Part shown: piece by piece, positions 1 through 12,687 of the stretch
How the letters are laid out: each line of letters opens with the position of its first letter
Numbering within the stretch: the first letter of the stretch is position 1
Assembly: GCA_963727485.1 (NCBI GenBank)
Contig: CAVSGM010000002.1
Span: 1,056,001-1,120,000 of the forward strand
DNA length: 64,000 bases
Direction: 5' to 3'
From: an uncultured delta proteobacterium
GTDB taxonomy: Bacteria > Myxococcota > Myxococcia > SLRQ01
Program-made: the position numbers and the translations under genes
The notes under the pieces: generated by a model
What the model saw: the letters and a program-made list of their open reading frames with translations, nothing else
Database searches by the model: none
Told to the model about the DNA's origin: nothing

Positions 1-636
1 AGCCTCCTCGGCGCCGCCCCCGACACCACGGACGCCGACCTCGCCCACGCCTTCGCCGCCAAGGTGGCCCTGGTGGGCCCGGACCGCCTCGCCGGCTTCC
101 CCGACCCCGAGGTCGCGCGGATGGGCCGGGAGGTCTACCTGCGCCTCATCGAGGCCTACGACACCCTGCGCCGCCCCGAGGCCCGGGCCCGGGTCCTCGA
201 GCGCCTCGAGGACGCCGCCGAGAAGCGCCGCGTCCGCGAGCACTACCTCGAGGCCAACCTCCACTACCGCGCCGGCCTCACCCTCCTGGAGCGCGACCGG
301 GCCGCCGACGCCGAGGAGGCCTTCCGGGAGGCCGGGCGCCTCAACCGCCGGGAGCCCGCCTACGCCCTCTACGCCGGCTGGGCCGGCTACCTCGCCGCCC
401 GGGAGCTCGGGGACACCGGCGCCATGGGCCGGGGCGAGACCCAGGTCCGCCGGGCCCTGGAGGTCCTGCCGATCCTCGAGGACGGCTACGTGTTCCTGGC
501 GCACATCGCCCGGGACCGGGGCGACGACGGCGCCGCCCGGGAGCTCGCCGAGCGGGCGCTGGTGTTCAACCCCGGGAACCCCGAGGCCCGGTCGCTGCTC
601 CACGGGATCGCCGCCGGGCCGGCGACGGCGGGGTAG
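1..636 (+). CDS. J-domain-like + TPR protein, 5' partial
   Basis: Frame 1 is open from base 1: LLGAAPDTTDADLAHAFAAKVALVGPDR...LIEAYDTL is J-domain-like with GPD in place of HPD, followed by TPR-like helices (ALVFNPGNPEA). Confidence 0.65.
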   Translation, partial: SLLGAAPDTTDADLAHAFAAKVALVGPDRLAGFPDPEVARMGREVYLRLIEAYDTLRRPEARARVLERLEDAAEKRRVREHYLEANLHYRAGLTLLERDRAADAEEAFREAGRLNRREPAYALYAGWAGYLAARELGDTGAMGRGETQVRRALEVLPILEDGYVFLAHIARDRGDDGAARELAERALVFNPGNPEARSLLHGIAAGPATAG

Positions 637-646
637 GCGGGTACGG

Positions 647-677
647 TTGACACCTACATACCCCCCCCAGGTAGCGT
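647..677 (+). promoter_or_regulatory. sigma70-like promoter with C8 tract in spacer
   Basis: TTGACA 647-652 and TAGCGT 672-677, 19-nt spacer containing CCCCCCCC; GGAGG RBS just before ATG 729. Confidence 0.45.
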
Positions 678-728
678 CAATCCCACGGGCGACACCCTAC
701 GCCCGCCACGCACCTGGGAGGACGGCGG

Positions 729-3700
729 ATGGGCAGATGGGGACGGATCGTGGTCTTGGCGGTGGTCCTTGGGCTCTCCTGCACGGGACAGCGGCGTGGG
801 CCAGGGGCCACGGGAGGGCCACTCGCGGGTGGGCTCCAGCCCGTCGCGGTGACGTCGACACCGACCGCCCCGGCCTCACCGCCACTCCTGGGGCCCACGA
901 CCCTGGCCTGTGAGGACCTCCCCGTCGACGCCTTCCTCGACGACGCCTACCGAGCGCTTGTTGGTGGCGACCCCCAGACCGCTACGGACGAGGAGCGGGA
1001 CGAGGCCCTCTTCGAGGCTCAGGGCCTGGGGACCGCGGCGCCAGGCATTGCCAACCTCGACGCCGCCCTGCGCAACGGCACCCTGGACGCCACCGCCTGG
1101 CCGTCGTTGGCCAGCCTGGCACCGGCCGACGCCGAGCTGACCATCGCGGTGAGCCTGGTTGCCGTCAATCCCGACTTCCCGGTGCGCTGTGAGTACCTCC
1201 GCACCTTCACCCAGGGCCCCGCACGGAGCGTGACGACCCTGGCTCTCCTGGTGAACGCCAGCCACGGACGGCCAATCGCCGACGGAGACGTGCTCGCCCA
1301 GCCCTTCGTTCGCAAGGGGCTGATCTGGGAGATCGCGTCGGCCCGGGACAAGGTCCTGGGGCTGGCGCCCCCGGGGGGCCGAGATGGGGTCGACGCCACG
1401 CCGTCGACGATCATCGCCTCGCCTCTCGTCCAGCTTCTGGCGGCATTCCGCGGTGCGCACCGTGCCTTCGTGGACGTATGGGGAGGGGACCGCTGCGATG
1501 ACGGGGACGCTGGGGGCGACACCAGCGGCTCGCGCGGTGGAGGACAAGGTGAAGGCCCGGCCGGGCACGATCAGCGTGGTCACGAGGGTCACTGTCACTG
1601 CAGCGGCGGGCGTTCGAAGCGCCTCTGGGCGTACCGGCCCTTTGGGCACCCGGAGGCCCCGTTCGACCTCCTCCTGGCCCTCCTGGGGCGGCCACCGGAT
1701 GGGTACGGCGTCATTGGTTCGGAAGGTGGCGTCATCGAGGGCACGGGCCCGCTCGCCGGCTTCTCTCTCACCGTGCCGGCCGGGTCCCTCGCCTCGGACG
1801 TGGCGATCACGGTGTCGGCAACGTCGGAGGCCCCGAGCCAGTCCTCGGGCTGGGTGGCCGTGGGCCCCGCGGTGCAGCTCGTGCCCGACGGCCTGTCCTT
1901 TCCCCAGCCCGCCACGCTGGCGCTTCCGTACCATCACAGCCTCGTACGCGCACTCCTCTCGACCCGATCGACCGTGCAGCTGACGACCTTCGACCCGTCG
2001 TCGAGTGACTGGACGGTGCTCCAGGCAACGGCGGACGACGAGGTGGTGACGGGACGCATCGCGCACCAGTCCCTGTACCAGGCGGCGTTGGACGCGCCAC
2101 CGGACCTCGAGGTGTCGACCCTGGCGGGCACGGATCCCCCAGGTGCCCACGCGACCGCACCAGCGTCGTCGAAGCCGTACGAGGCGTTCTTCGTGTCGGG
2201 CCGCAGCGGAGACAAGAACGTCTACCTCGATGCCGACGTCTACGGAGCAGACGTCGCGGTGCCCTTGGCCACGGACCCCGAGGTCGAGCCCTCGGCGGTC
2301 CTCGTCCCAGGTGGACAGCCGGGGGGGAGCACGCTGATCTACGGCGGTACGGTAACGAACGCAGACGGGTCGATGGAAGGCCGGGTCGTCTCCTGGGCCC
2401 CGGACGCCACGGGCAACTATGTTGCCGGCCCAGACCGGCAGGTACTCGCCGGCGGGGGAGCAACCCTGGTCCCCCAGTCCGGCACGGTGCCGGGCGCCCA
2501 GGCCAGGCTCGGCCCGGTCGTGGGGCTGGCCCAGGACGCGGCGGGGAACCTCTACGTCGCCGAGTTCAGCAGCGGCGACAACCCCTTCTTCATCAACTCC
2601 AGGATCCTCAGGATCGCGCCCGGCGCGGATCACCTCGTGTCAGTGGTCGCAGGTCAAGCCAACGCGGGCTTCAACGGGGAGGGACCGGCAGCCGGCACGG
2701 CGCTGAAGCTGAACTTCGACGAAGGCGTGGGACCTTCCACGGTCCAGATGGACGGCGAGGTGCTCTTCGTCGCGGACACGGGAAACAACCGAGTGCGAGC
2801 CCTGAACGTGTCCGGCAAGCCTGTCGACCTCGGGCCCATCCATCTCGAGCCGGGGGAGATGGCGACGGTGATGGGCACTGGCCCGACCCCCTCGAACGTG
2901 GGTGAGCTCGGGGGCGAGGTGTTCCAGTGCCAGGTGGTAGGCAGCTCCGGGGGTACCGGAGGTAGCGCCCTCGCCGTGCACCTCTTTGCACCGACGAGCG
3001 TCGTCGTGGCCAAGCTGCCCACGGGCGAGGAGCTCCTCGTGGCGGATCAGTGCAACAACCGACTTCTCGTCACGCCACTGGCGGACCCCACTCTGCCAGT
3101 CGCGGTTCTCGCGGGAACCGGTGCCGCGGGTCCGCCGGCCGACGGCCAGGCGTCGAAGGCGACGTTGCCGAGACCGACGGGTCTATCCTTCAGCCCCGAC
3201 CGCGAGGTCGCCTACTTCGGTCGCTTCGTGGGGGGCCCGGGCCCGGTGCGGAAGCTCGTGCTCCACGACCGCGACCGGGACGGCGTGGGTGACTCCGTCG
3301 ACAACTGTCCGGACATCGCGAACCCGGACCAGGCCATGGTTCAGGGAAGCAACGTCGGAGAGGCCTGCGACCCGAACGACGAGGACGGCGACGGCCTGGC
3401 CACCGAGGTCGAGTACCTGCTCAAGACCGACCCCACCAACAAGGACTCGAATGGGGACGGCTACTCCGATGGAACGGAGTACGCGGGGGGTCTGGACCCC
3501 TCCGTGGGCGGTGGCGGCGACATGGATGGGGACGGGGTCTCAGATGCCGCGGAGATCTCCGCCGCCTGCCCGACGTCGCCGTCAGGTACCATCTGTGACG
3601 CGGGCCGGCTGGCGGCGCTGGACCACCTGCGCCAGAAGGTGGCTCTGTGGCATGTCAGCTACTCCTTCGCGTTCCACTACGACCGCGACGACGGGCAAGG

Positions 3701-4841
3701 GAACGCGGACCACCTGAGAGGGCTGATGGGCGGTAGCTGGGGGATGTTTCGGGCCTTGCCTGCGGCCAGCAACGGCACTTACACGCGCTGTTTCTCGGGA
3801 AGCGTGACCTCCTGCGAGGATGCAAACCCGCCAACGGCCACGGACCCTGCCCCCTGTGCGGCCGTGAGCATGGTCTCCATCCAGGATCGCCGGGATCTCG
3901 AGGCCCTGCGGTGGTTCAACGGGCCCGGCACCTGTGCCCGGCAAGGCGAGAGCGGCTGCGATGTCGAGGTCGGCCTCAAAGATCGCGGTGCCTATGTCCC
4001 CCTCCAGACTTCGGGCTCCGCGGAGTTCGTGGCGGGGCCGCCGTTTCAGGGGTACTACGACAAGGCGTCGGACTCGTACGACCTTAGCCTGCGCGGCAGC
4101 TCTCTTTTCGCCGAGGGATACGTGCTCTCGTCGAAGTCAGTCCAGGTGCCCATGGTCACCTTTGCCACCCCGGATGGAAGCCAGTCGGAGCCGTGGGTCT
4201 CCTACGTGGGCCTGACCGCGCCACGGGGTGACAAGCTGGACGGCGCCGGCCTGCTCGACTGCGATCAGCGGTCCATAGGCGGTGTTCAGCTGCCTCCGGA
4301 TCCCGTGCTGGCACGGGTGCCGCGGTCGTTCCTCGATCGAGGGAAGCCCTTCGTGGTGCCCGTAATCGCCACCGCCGCCAACCACGACTGCAGCGGCGCC
4401 GACACCACGGGCAATGGCGGCAACCTGACGCTGGTGGGCGGTCTCATCTTCGAGCCCGTAGCCGTGACGCATCCCGAGGACATCGAGCAGCGCACCCACC
4501 GAACCGTCCAATCGCAGTTCGTCTACGGCACCGGCTCGCCCGGAAAGCTCGCCATCAAGTACACCTTGGGCGTTCCCGCCGACGCCACCGGCGTGGCGAG
4601 CTACCTGGCGGACTCGACCGCCCCGCACCTCAAGTGGACCACACCCGCGATCGGCAAGCCGACCGACTGCGGGGCGACGGGCTACTCGCCAGGGGACGTC
4701 AACGTCTGCTGGGGGCCAGGCGACCAGGCATCTGGGGCCCCTCGCATGGAGGCCAACGCGCTGGCACCCACGGTGACCTACGAGCACCTCCCGACGCTGA
4801 ACTCGGACTTCGGGTGCAAGACCGTCACGGTCGAGGCTTAG
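729..4841 (+). CDS. Large lipoprotein: ZU5-like domain, NHL/beta-propeller repeats, TSP3-type Ca-binding repeats; probably continues past an in-frame TAG
   Basis: Lipobox-like LGLSC; ZU5-like GSEGGVIEG..LTVPAGSL..GPAVQLVPDG; NHL-like LYVAE, LFVADTGNNRVR, LLVADQCNNRL; TSP3-like DRDRDGVGDSVDNCP, DEDGDGL, DSNGDGYSD. Confidence 0.75.
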   Translation: MGRWGRIVVLAVVLGLSCTGQRRGPGATGGPLAGGLQPVAVTSTPTAPASPPLLGPTTLACEDLPVDAFLDDAYRALVGGDPQTATDEERDEALFEAQGLGTAAPGIANLDAALRNGTLDATAWPSLASLAPADAELTIAVSLVAVNPDFPVRCEYLRTFTQGPARSVTTLALLVNASHGRPIADGDVLAQPFVRKGLIWEIASARDKVLGLAPPGGRDGVDATPSTIIASPLVQLLAAFRGAHRAFVDVWGGDRCDDGDAGGDTSGSRGGGQGEGPAGHDQRGHEGHCHCSGGRSKRLWAYRPFGHPEAPFDLLLALLGRPPDGYGVIGSEGGVIEGTGPLAGFSLTVPAGSLASDVAITVSATSEAPSQSSGWVAVGPAVQLVPDGLSFPQPATLALPYHHSLVRALLSTRSTVQLTTFDPSSSDWTVLQATADDEVVTGRIAHQSLYQAALDAPPDLEVSTLAGTDPPGAHATAPASSKPYEAFFVSGRSGDKNVYLDADVYGADVAVPLATDPEVEPSAVLVPGGQPGGSTLIYGGTVTNADGSMEGRVVSWAPDATGNYVAGPDRQVLAGGGATLVPQSGTVPGAQARLGPVVGLAQDAAGNLYVAEFSSGDNPFFINSRILRIAPGADHLVSVVAGQANAGFNGEGPAAGTALKLNFDEGVGPSTVQMDGEVLFVADTGNNRVRALNVSGKPVDLGPIHLEPGEMATVMGTGPTPSNVGELGGEVFQCQVVGSSGGTGGSALAVHLFAPTSVVVAKLPTGEELLVADQCNNRLLVTPLADPTLPVAVLAGTGAAGPPADGQASKATLPRPTGLSFSPDREVAYFGRFVGGPGPVRKLVLHDRDRDGVGDSVDNCPDIANPDQAMVQGSNVGEACDPNDEDGDGLATEVEYLLKTDPTNKDSNGDGYSDGTEYAGGLDPSVGGGGDMDGDGVSDAAEISAACPTSPSGTICDAGRLAALDHLRQKVALWHVSYSFAFHYDRDDGQGNADHLRGLMGGSWGMFRALPAASNGTYTRCFSGSVTSCEDANPPTATDPAPCAAVSMVSIQDRRDLEALRWFNGPGTCARQGESGCDVEVGLKDRGAYVPLQTSGSAEFVAGPPFQGYYDKASDSYDLSLRGSSLFAEGYVLSSKSVQVPMVTFATPDGSQSEPWVSYVGLTAPRGDKLDGAGLLDCDQRSIGGVQLPPDPVLARVPRSFLDRGKPFVVPVIATAANHDCSGADTTGNGGNLTLVGGLIFEPVAVTHPEDIEQRTHRTVQSQFVYGTGSPGKLAIKYTLGVPADATGVASYLADSTAPHLKWTTPAIGKPTDCGATGYSPGDVNVCWGPGDQASGAPRMEANALAPTVTYEHLPTLNSDFGCKTVTVEA

Positions 4842-4847
4842 GACTCG

Positions 4848-5816
4848 GTGGATGGAAGCTGGAACACCATCGGGGCCGTCGGCTATGAGGTCTTCTTTCC
4901 CCGGCAAGGGCGGAACCATCCACCCAAGGATCACAAGTGGCCTGGCGGGTTGGGCAGCCCAACCGGCCCATCACTGTCGGAGCCGAACTGGCTGTACTAC
5001 TGGGCGAAAGCAGTGCCGGTCGCCCCTGGGACATCCCTGTCCACCCAACTCTACTACTACCACAGCGGCTCCAACCTCAAGCCGGGAATCGGTGTCGGAG
5101 AAAGCCCGGAGATCTCTCGATGGGGTGCTTATAGCGGTGCGCCTTCCGCTGTTGTCTTCTGGGATTCCGACTCCGAACCGATTCCAGACCAGAGCCCGGG
5201 AACGCCCGATTCACCGATGGTTCGCACAGGCTTCGTGGGCATTCGCTACCTTGCGAGCATGGCACTGCACGAGCATACGCACACGCAGCAGGTCTCATGC
5301 TTCAACGAGTGTGGGACCGTGGCTGGAAAGCCGTTCTTTGATCCAAGCCCGCTCGCGCAGGCGGCAGGGACGGGATGGAGCTTCAACAAGGGCCAAACGG
5401 ATCAAAGCTGGAATCATTTCTGGGACAACGCATCCACAAGTGGGACCGCCATCGAGGATCGCGACGGCGACGACATGTGCGACCAGGCGGTGACCGGGAG
5501 CAGCGTGTACACCACCAACTTCTGCGAAGACCCGAATCATCCGCTGCCGGCATGTACTGTCGTGCCCCCTGGTATCCAGGGCACGGGTGGCTTGACGGTC
5601 TGCGACCTACAACCCGCACAGCCCGCGCCAAGGGGCTACCCACAGCTCGAACAGACCCCCAGGAACATGGAGACCTACGCCGACCCCGCGGGTGAGCAGG
5701 ATTTGTACCGGCTGGATTGGGCGAGCCCAGGGATGCAACACCTCGATGACGGCGACATCCCGGCCACGAGCAATCAGATCCAGGAAGAAGAGGAGATCGT
5801 CCGTGACAGCGACTAG
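4848..5816 (+). CDS. In-frame continuation of the 729 lipoprotein; putative zincin (HExxH) domain
   Basis: Same frame as 729..4841, separated only by TAG-GAC-TCG; no clear RBS or signal peptide of its own; ALHEHTH at 5268-5282; DRDGDD Ca-type motif. Confidence 0.6.
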   Translation: MDGSWNTIGAVGYEVFFPRQGRNHPPKDHKWPGGLGSPTGPSLSEPNWLYYWAKAVPVAPGTSLSTQLYYYHSGSNLKPGIGVGESPEISRWGAYSGAPSAVVFWDSDSEPIPDQSPGTPDSPMVRTGFVGIRYLASMALHEHTHTQQVSCFNECGTVAGKPFFDPSPLAQAAGTGWSFNKGQTDQSWNHFWDNASTSGTAIEDRDGDDMCDQAVTGSSVYTTNFCEDPNHPLPACTVVPPGIQGTGGLTVCDLQPAQPAPRGYPQLEQTPRNMETYADPAGEQDLYRLDWASPGMQHLDDGDIPATSNQIQEEEEIVRDSD

Positions 5817-6739
5817 GCTGGTATCCGCGTCGATTCTCGTAGCCCTGCTCGCATGGGGGGCCCCAACGCCGGCGCAGCCCCAGGACACCCTGGAGCTGTC
5901 AGGTCATGGCCTGACCTGCATCGATGACGCAGCAGGCTGGTACGTCGCGCGGGTGGTCCGGCTGGATCATCGCGGTCGATTCGACCTCCAGGTGGTCACC
6001 ACCGTTCATGGCCGGCCCCAGCGAGTGATCGACCTGAAGTCGCACCTGTCGAGCGCCCAGTGGCATCAGCTGCGCAGCGTGCATGAGGGTCAGCGAGCGG
6101 TCGTCAGGATGCCGTACTACGTCGCCTCCGGCGAAGGTGAGCTCGGAGGGTGTCGGTCCTTCTTCTTCGAGGGTGGTACCTCCTCGGACCTCCGCGCGTT
6201 TCCGGTCGGTCAGCGATTCAAGCGGAGAGCGTCCGATGACGATTTTCACGTTCGTCTCGCGTACCTGCAGACCTACTTCGCCGCCCGGTCGGATCCGAGC
6301 GCCAAGAGGCTGGCGGCCGATTCTCGAATCTGGGGAGATACCGGTCGAGCTCGCTGCCGCCGACGTCCTCGGCCAGGCGACGAGAGCGTCCGGCGAGGCG
6401 TGGGACACGGTTGGTCCGCCTCTCAGCAAGCTCGTGTCCCATCCCCCCGACAGCGCCGACCTGCACCGGTGGTCTGCCATCGGGCAGGAGCTCGGACGAG
6501 CGCTGCGGGGGTCCATCTCCGCCCACGGGGCCAACACCCGTTCTCGTCCTGCGTGGTGGAAGGACGCCGAACGGTCCCTGATGGACTGGACGAAGGGGTT
6601 CCCGCCTGCCTACGGCTTTGCCGCTGCGGCGCTGCGCCGGGCCGGGTTCCGGTTGGACAAGGGGCGACCTGATCGGACGCAGTTGAACGCGGTCCGCATC
6701 AAGCTCGGGATGCCGGCCCTGCCGGTGAAGCGACCCTAG
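5803..6739 (+). CDS. Secreted hypothetical protein (one apparent frameshift ~6300)
   Basis: AGGAG RBS at 5791, GTG 5803, signal peptide [27 protein letters not shown]-terminal part reads in the 6083..6739 frame ([19 protein letters not shown]...[11 protein letters not shown]). Confidence 0.55.
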
Positions 6740-7386
6740 ACCCCGAGGCCCACCGGGCACACCACGCCCGTGCCCCCATGGCCGCAGTAGCCGTTGGGGT
6801 TCTTCGCCAGGTACTGCTGGTGGTAGTCCTCGGCGAAGTAGAAGGGCCCGGCGTCGGCGATCTCGGTGGTGACCGCCCCGCCGTGCCCCGCCTCGGCGAG
6901 GGCCTTGCCGTAGGCGGCCTTCACGGCCTCGGCGGTGGCGCGCTGGGCGTCGCTCTGCAGCAGGATCACCGAGCGGTACTGGCTGCCCACGTCGTTGCCC
7001 TGGCGCATCCCCTGGGTGGGGTCGTGGGCCTCGAAGAAGGCCTTGAGGATGGCCTCGTAGCTGGTCTGGCTCGGATCGAAGACCACCCGGACCACCTCGG
7101 CGTGGCCGGTCTGCCCGGTGCAGACCTCGGTGTAGCTGGGGTTCGGGGTGAAGCCCCCGGCGTAGCCCACCGCGGTGACGAAGACGCCGGGGAGCGACCA
7201 GAAGGCCTTCTCGGCGCCCCAGAAGCACCCGAGGCCCACCTCGGCGACCTCGAGGCCCTCGGGGTAGGGGCCGTCGAGCTTCCGGCCGCTCACCGCGTGG
7301 GTCTAGGGCACGGGCATGGGGGTCTCCCGGCCGCGCAGGGCGGTCTCGGGGGTGGGCAGGGCGGTCTTGGGGCCGAGTCCGAACAT
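6736..7386 (-). CDS. msrA: Peptide-methionine (S)-S-oxide reductase, with in-frame TAG at 7303-7305
   Basis: [33 protein letters not shown] motifs; N-terminal [31 protein letters not shown] is in frame. Confidence 0.95.
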
Positions 7387-7466
7387 GGGGCGATATTGGG
7401 CCCCGGGGCCGCCCCCGTCGAGGCGCCTTCGCCGCCGGGCCCACATTGTGGTACGCAGACCCTCCC

Positions 7467-10307
<2,841 letters not shown>

Positions 10308-10311
<4 letters not shown>

Positions 10312-10901
10312 TCTCGCGGGACCTCCTGCGCCGCTTCGCCGTGGTCCTCTCGGTGGCGGCGGTGGTCACCACCACCGACCAGCTGACCAAGTTCCAGGTG
10401 GTCCAGAACCTCACGGTCCTCTTCCCCTGGGCCGGGGCGGTCACCCCCGCCGAGCGCTTCCACCTCTTCTACACCGAGCAGGGCGTGGAGCACCTGGCGC
10501 GGCCGGCGGTCACGGTGATCCCCGGCCTCTTCGACCTGCACTACATCGAGAACCCCGGCGCCGCCTTCAACGTCCTGGAGCGGGCCAACCCGGGCTTCCG
10601 CCTGGCCTTCTTCGGGCTGGTGACCCTGCTGGCGGTGGCCTTCATCGGGGTGATGGCCTCGCGCTTCACCCTGGCGCAGTGGCCGGCGCTCCTCGCCCTC
10701 GGCGGGGTCCTCGGCGGGGCCCTGGGCAATTTCATCGACCGGATCACGCGGGGTTACGTGATCGACTTCGTCGACTGGCACCTCGGGGCCAATCCGAGGC
10801 TACACTTCCCCACCTTCAATGTGGCAGACATGGGCATCAGCGTCGGGGCGCTGGTGTTGCTCTTCCAGGTCACCCGTGAGGCCCTCCGCCGTGACGCGTA
10901 G
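10308..10901 (+). CDS. lspA: Lipoprotein signal peptidase II (copy 1)
   Basis: GTGA overlap with the ileS stop; [32 protein letters not shown]. Confidence 0.92.
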
Positions 10902-11529
10902 CCGCTCCATGATCTTCGTCCTCGTCCTGGGCCTCGCCTGGGCGGTGCTCGACCAGGTCACCAAGTACCTGGTCGTGGGCCACCTCACCGCCCTCTTCCC
11001 GGCGGACGCGGGCCTGCTCCACCGCATCTCCCTGTTCTACGGGACCGACGGGCTCTACCAGCTGGCGAAGGCCCCGGTGCACATCCTCCCGCCGGTGTGG
11101 GACCACCTCTACGTCCAGAACCCCGCCGGGGCCTTCGGCCTGCTCACCAGCGCCCCCCTGGCGGTGCGCCGGGGCATCCTCTCGGCGGTGGCCCTCATCG
11201 CCTCGGTGGGCATCCTGTGGATGGCCCGCCGCGCCGCCGGCGAGGGCAAGCTCCTCACCCGCGCCGCCCTGGGCCTGGTCCTGGGCGGGGCGCTGGGCAA
11301 CCTCACCGACCGCATCATCCACGGCTACGTCATCGACTTCATCGACTGGCACCTGGCCGGGTACCACTGGCCGGCGTTCAACGTCGCCGACGTGGGCATC
11401 GTGGTCGGCGTGTTCAGCCTGCTCCTCCTCCTCAACCGCCGCCCGGCCGAGACCGGCGACGCCGACGAGACCGGGACGCAGTCCCCCGACGACGCCGCCC
11501 CGGTCGCCCCCCACCGCTCGGAGGCGTGA
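10891..11529 (+). CDS. lspA: Lipoprotein signal peptidase II (copy 2)
   Basis: DQVTK, QNPAGAFG, GALGNLTDR..GYVIDFID, WPAFNVAD; start GTG 10891 or ATG 10909. Confidence 0.92.
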   Translation: MTRSRSMIFVLVLGLAWAVLDQVTKYLVVGHLTALFPADAGLLHRISLFYGTDGLYQLAKAPVHILPPVWDHLYVQNPAGAFGLLTSAPLAVRRGILSAVALIASVGILWMARRAAGEGKLLTRAALGLVLGGALGNLTDRIIHGYVIDFIDWHLAGYHWPAFNVADVGIVVGVFSLLLLLNRRPAETGDADETGTQSPDDAAPVAPHRSEA

Positions 11530-11533
11530 GCCC

Positions 11534-12667
11534 ATGTTCCCGCTGCTCTTCGACTTCTCGCTCTCGCCCCACGCCTTCACCGTCGTCCTCTACCTGGGGG
11601 CGGTGATCCTCCCGGCGCTCTTCGCCTGGCGCGCCTGGAAGGACGTGAAGGACGGCCTCGACGACGACCCCTCCCGCCCCTGGAAGGTGGGCCTGGGGTG
11701 GGGCGCGATGCTCCTGGCCCTGGTCACCCTGGGGGTCAAGCCCTGGACCCGGACCAGCGCGGTGGACGTGCCCCTGCACACCTACGGGCTGCTCATCGCC
11801 ATGGGCTTCGTCAGCGCCATCATCGTCACCACCCGGGAGGCCGAGCGCACCGGCCTCGACAAGAACCACATCCTCGACCTCGCCTTCTGGGTGCTGCTCT
11901 CGGGCCTCGGCGGGGCCCGGATCGTGTTCATCCTGGTGAACCTGCCCCAGTACTTCGGCGCCAACTTCTTCACCCCCGACCTGGTGATCCCGCTGGTCCA
12001 CTGGCGGGTGCCCACCATCCTCGCGGTGTGGCGCGGCGGCCTGGTGTTCTACGGGGGGCTCCTGGGCGCCTTCCTGGCGGTGGTGATCTACCTCAAGAAG
12101 TTCAAGCTGCCCTTCTTCCGCTACACCGACGCCATCGTCCCGGCGGTGGCGCTGGGGCACTTCTTCGGGCGGCTGGGCTGCTTCTCCGCCGGGTGCTGCT
12201 TCGGCAAGCCGGTGAGCCCGGGCAACTTCTTCGCCACCTACTTCCCCCAGGGGTCCCTGGCCTTCATGCAGACCAAGGCGGCGACCCACATCGAGCACCT
12301 CGGCCAGCTCACCACCGGGCCCATCTACCCCACCCAGCTCTTCGAGTCGCTGGCGGTGCTGATGATCTTCTTCATCCTCATCGCCATGCGTCGGCGCAAG
12401 CGCTTCCACGGCCAGCTGCTGATCACCTACTTCATCCTCTACCCCATCTGGCGCAGCTTCAACGAGTGCCTGCGCGGGGACTACCTGCGGGGGATGATCT
12501 TCCGCTGGCCGGCGAAGAGCCCGCTCATCCTCTCCACCTCCCAGCTCATCTCCATCTTCGTGGTGGGGATGGGGGTGGCGTTCATGGTCTACCGGCTCCG
12601 GCGGATCCGGGCCGAGGCCCGGGACCAGGCGGGGGCGGGGAAGCACTCTGGCGTAGCTGCGGCGTGA
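11534..12667 (+). CDS. lgt: Prolipoprotein diacylglyceryl transferase
   Basis: TYGLLIAMG, WRGGLVFYGGL, GRLGCFSAGCCFG, YPTQLFES; follows the lspA pair. Confidence 0.92.
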   Translation: MFPLLFDFSLSPHAFTVVLYLGAVILPALFAWRAWKDVKDGLDDDPSRPWKVGLGWGAMLLALVTLGVKPWTRTSAVDVPLHTYGLLIAMGFVSAIIVTTREAERTGLDKNHILDLAFWVLLSGLGGARIVFILVNLPQYFGANFFTPDLVIPLVHWRVPTILAVWRGGLVFYGGLLGAFLAVVIYLKKFKLPFFRYTDAIVPAVALGHFFGRLGCFSAGCCFGKPVSPGNFFATYFPQGSLAFMQTKAATHIEHLGQLTTGPIYPTQLFESLAVLMIFFILIAMRRRKRFHGQLLITYFILYPIWRSFNECLRGDYLRGMIFRWPAKSPLILSTSQLISIFVVGMGVAFMVYRLRRIRAEARDQAGAGKHSGVAAA

Positions 12668-12687
12668 CCCGGTAGAATGGGCGGCCG

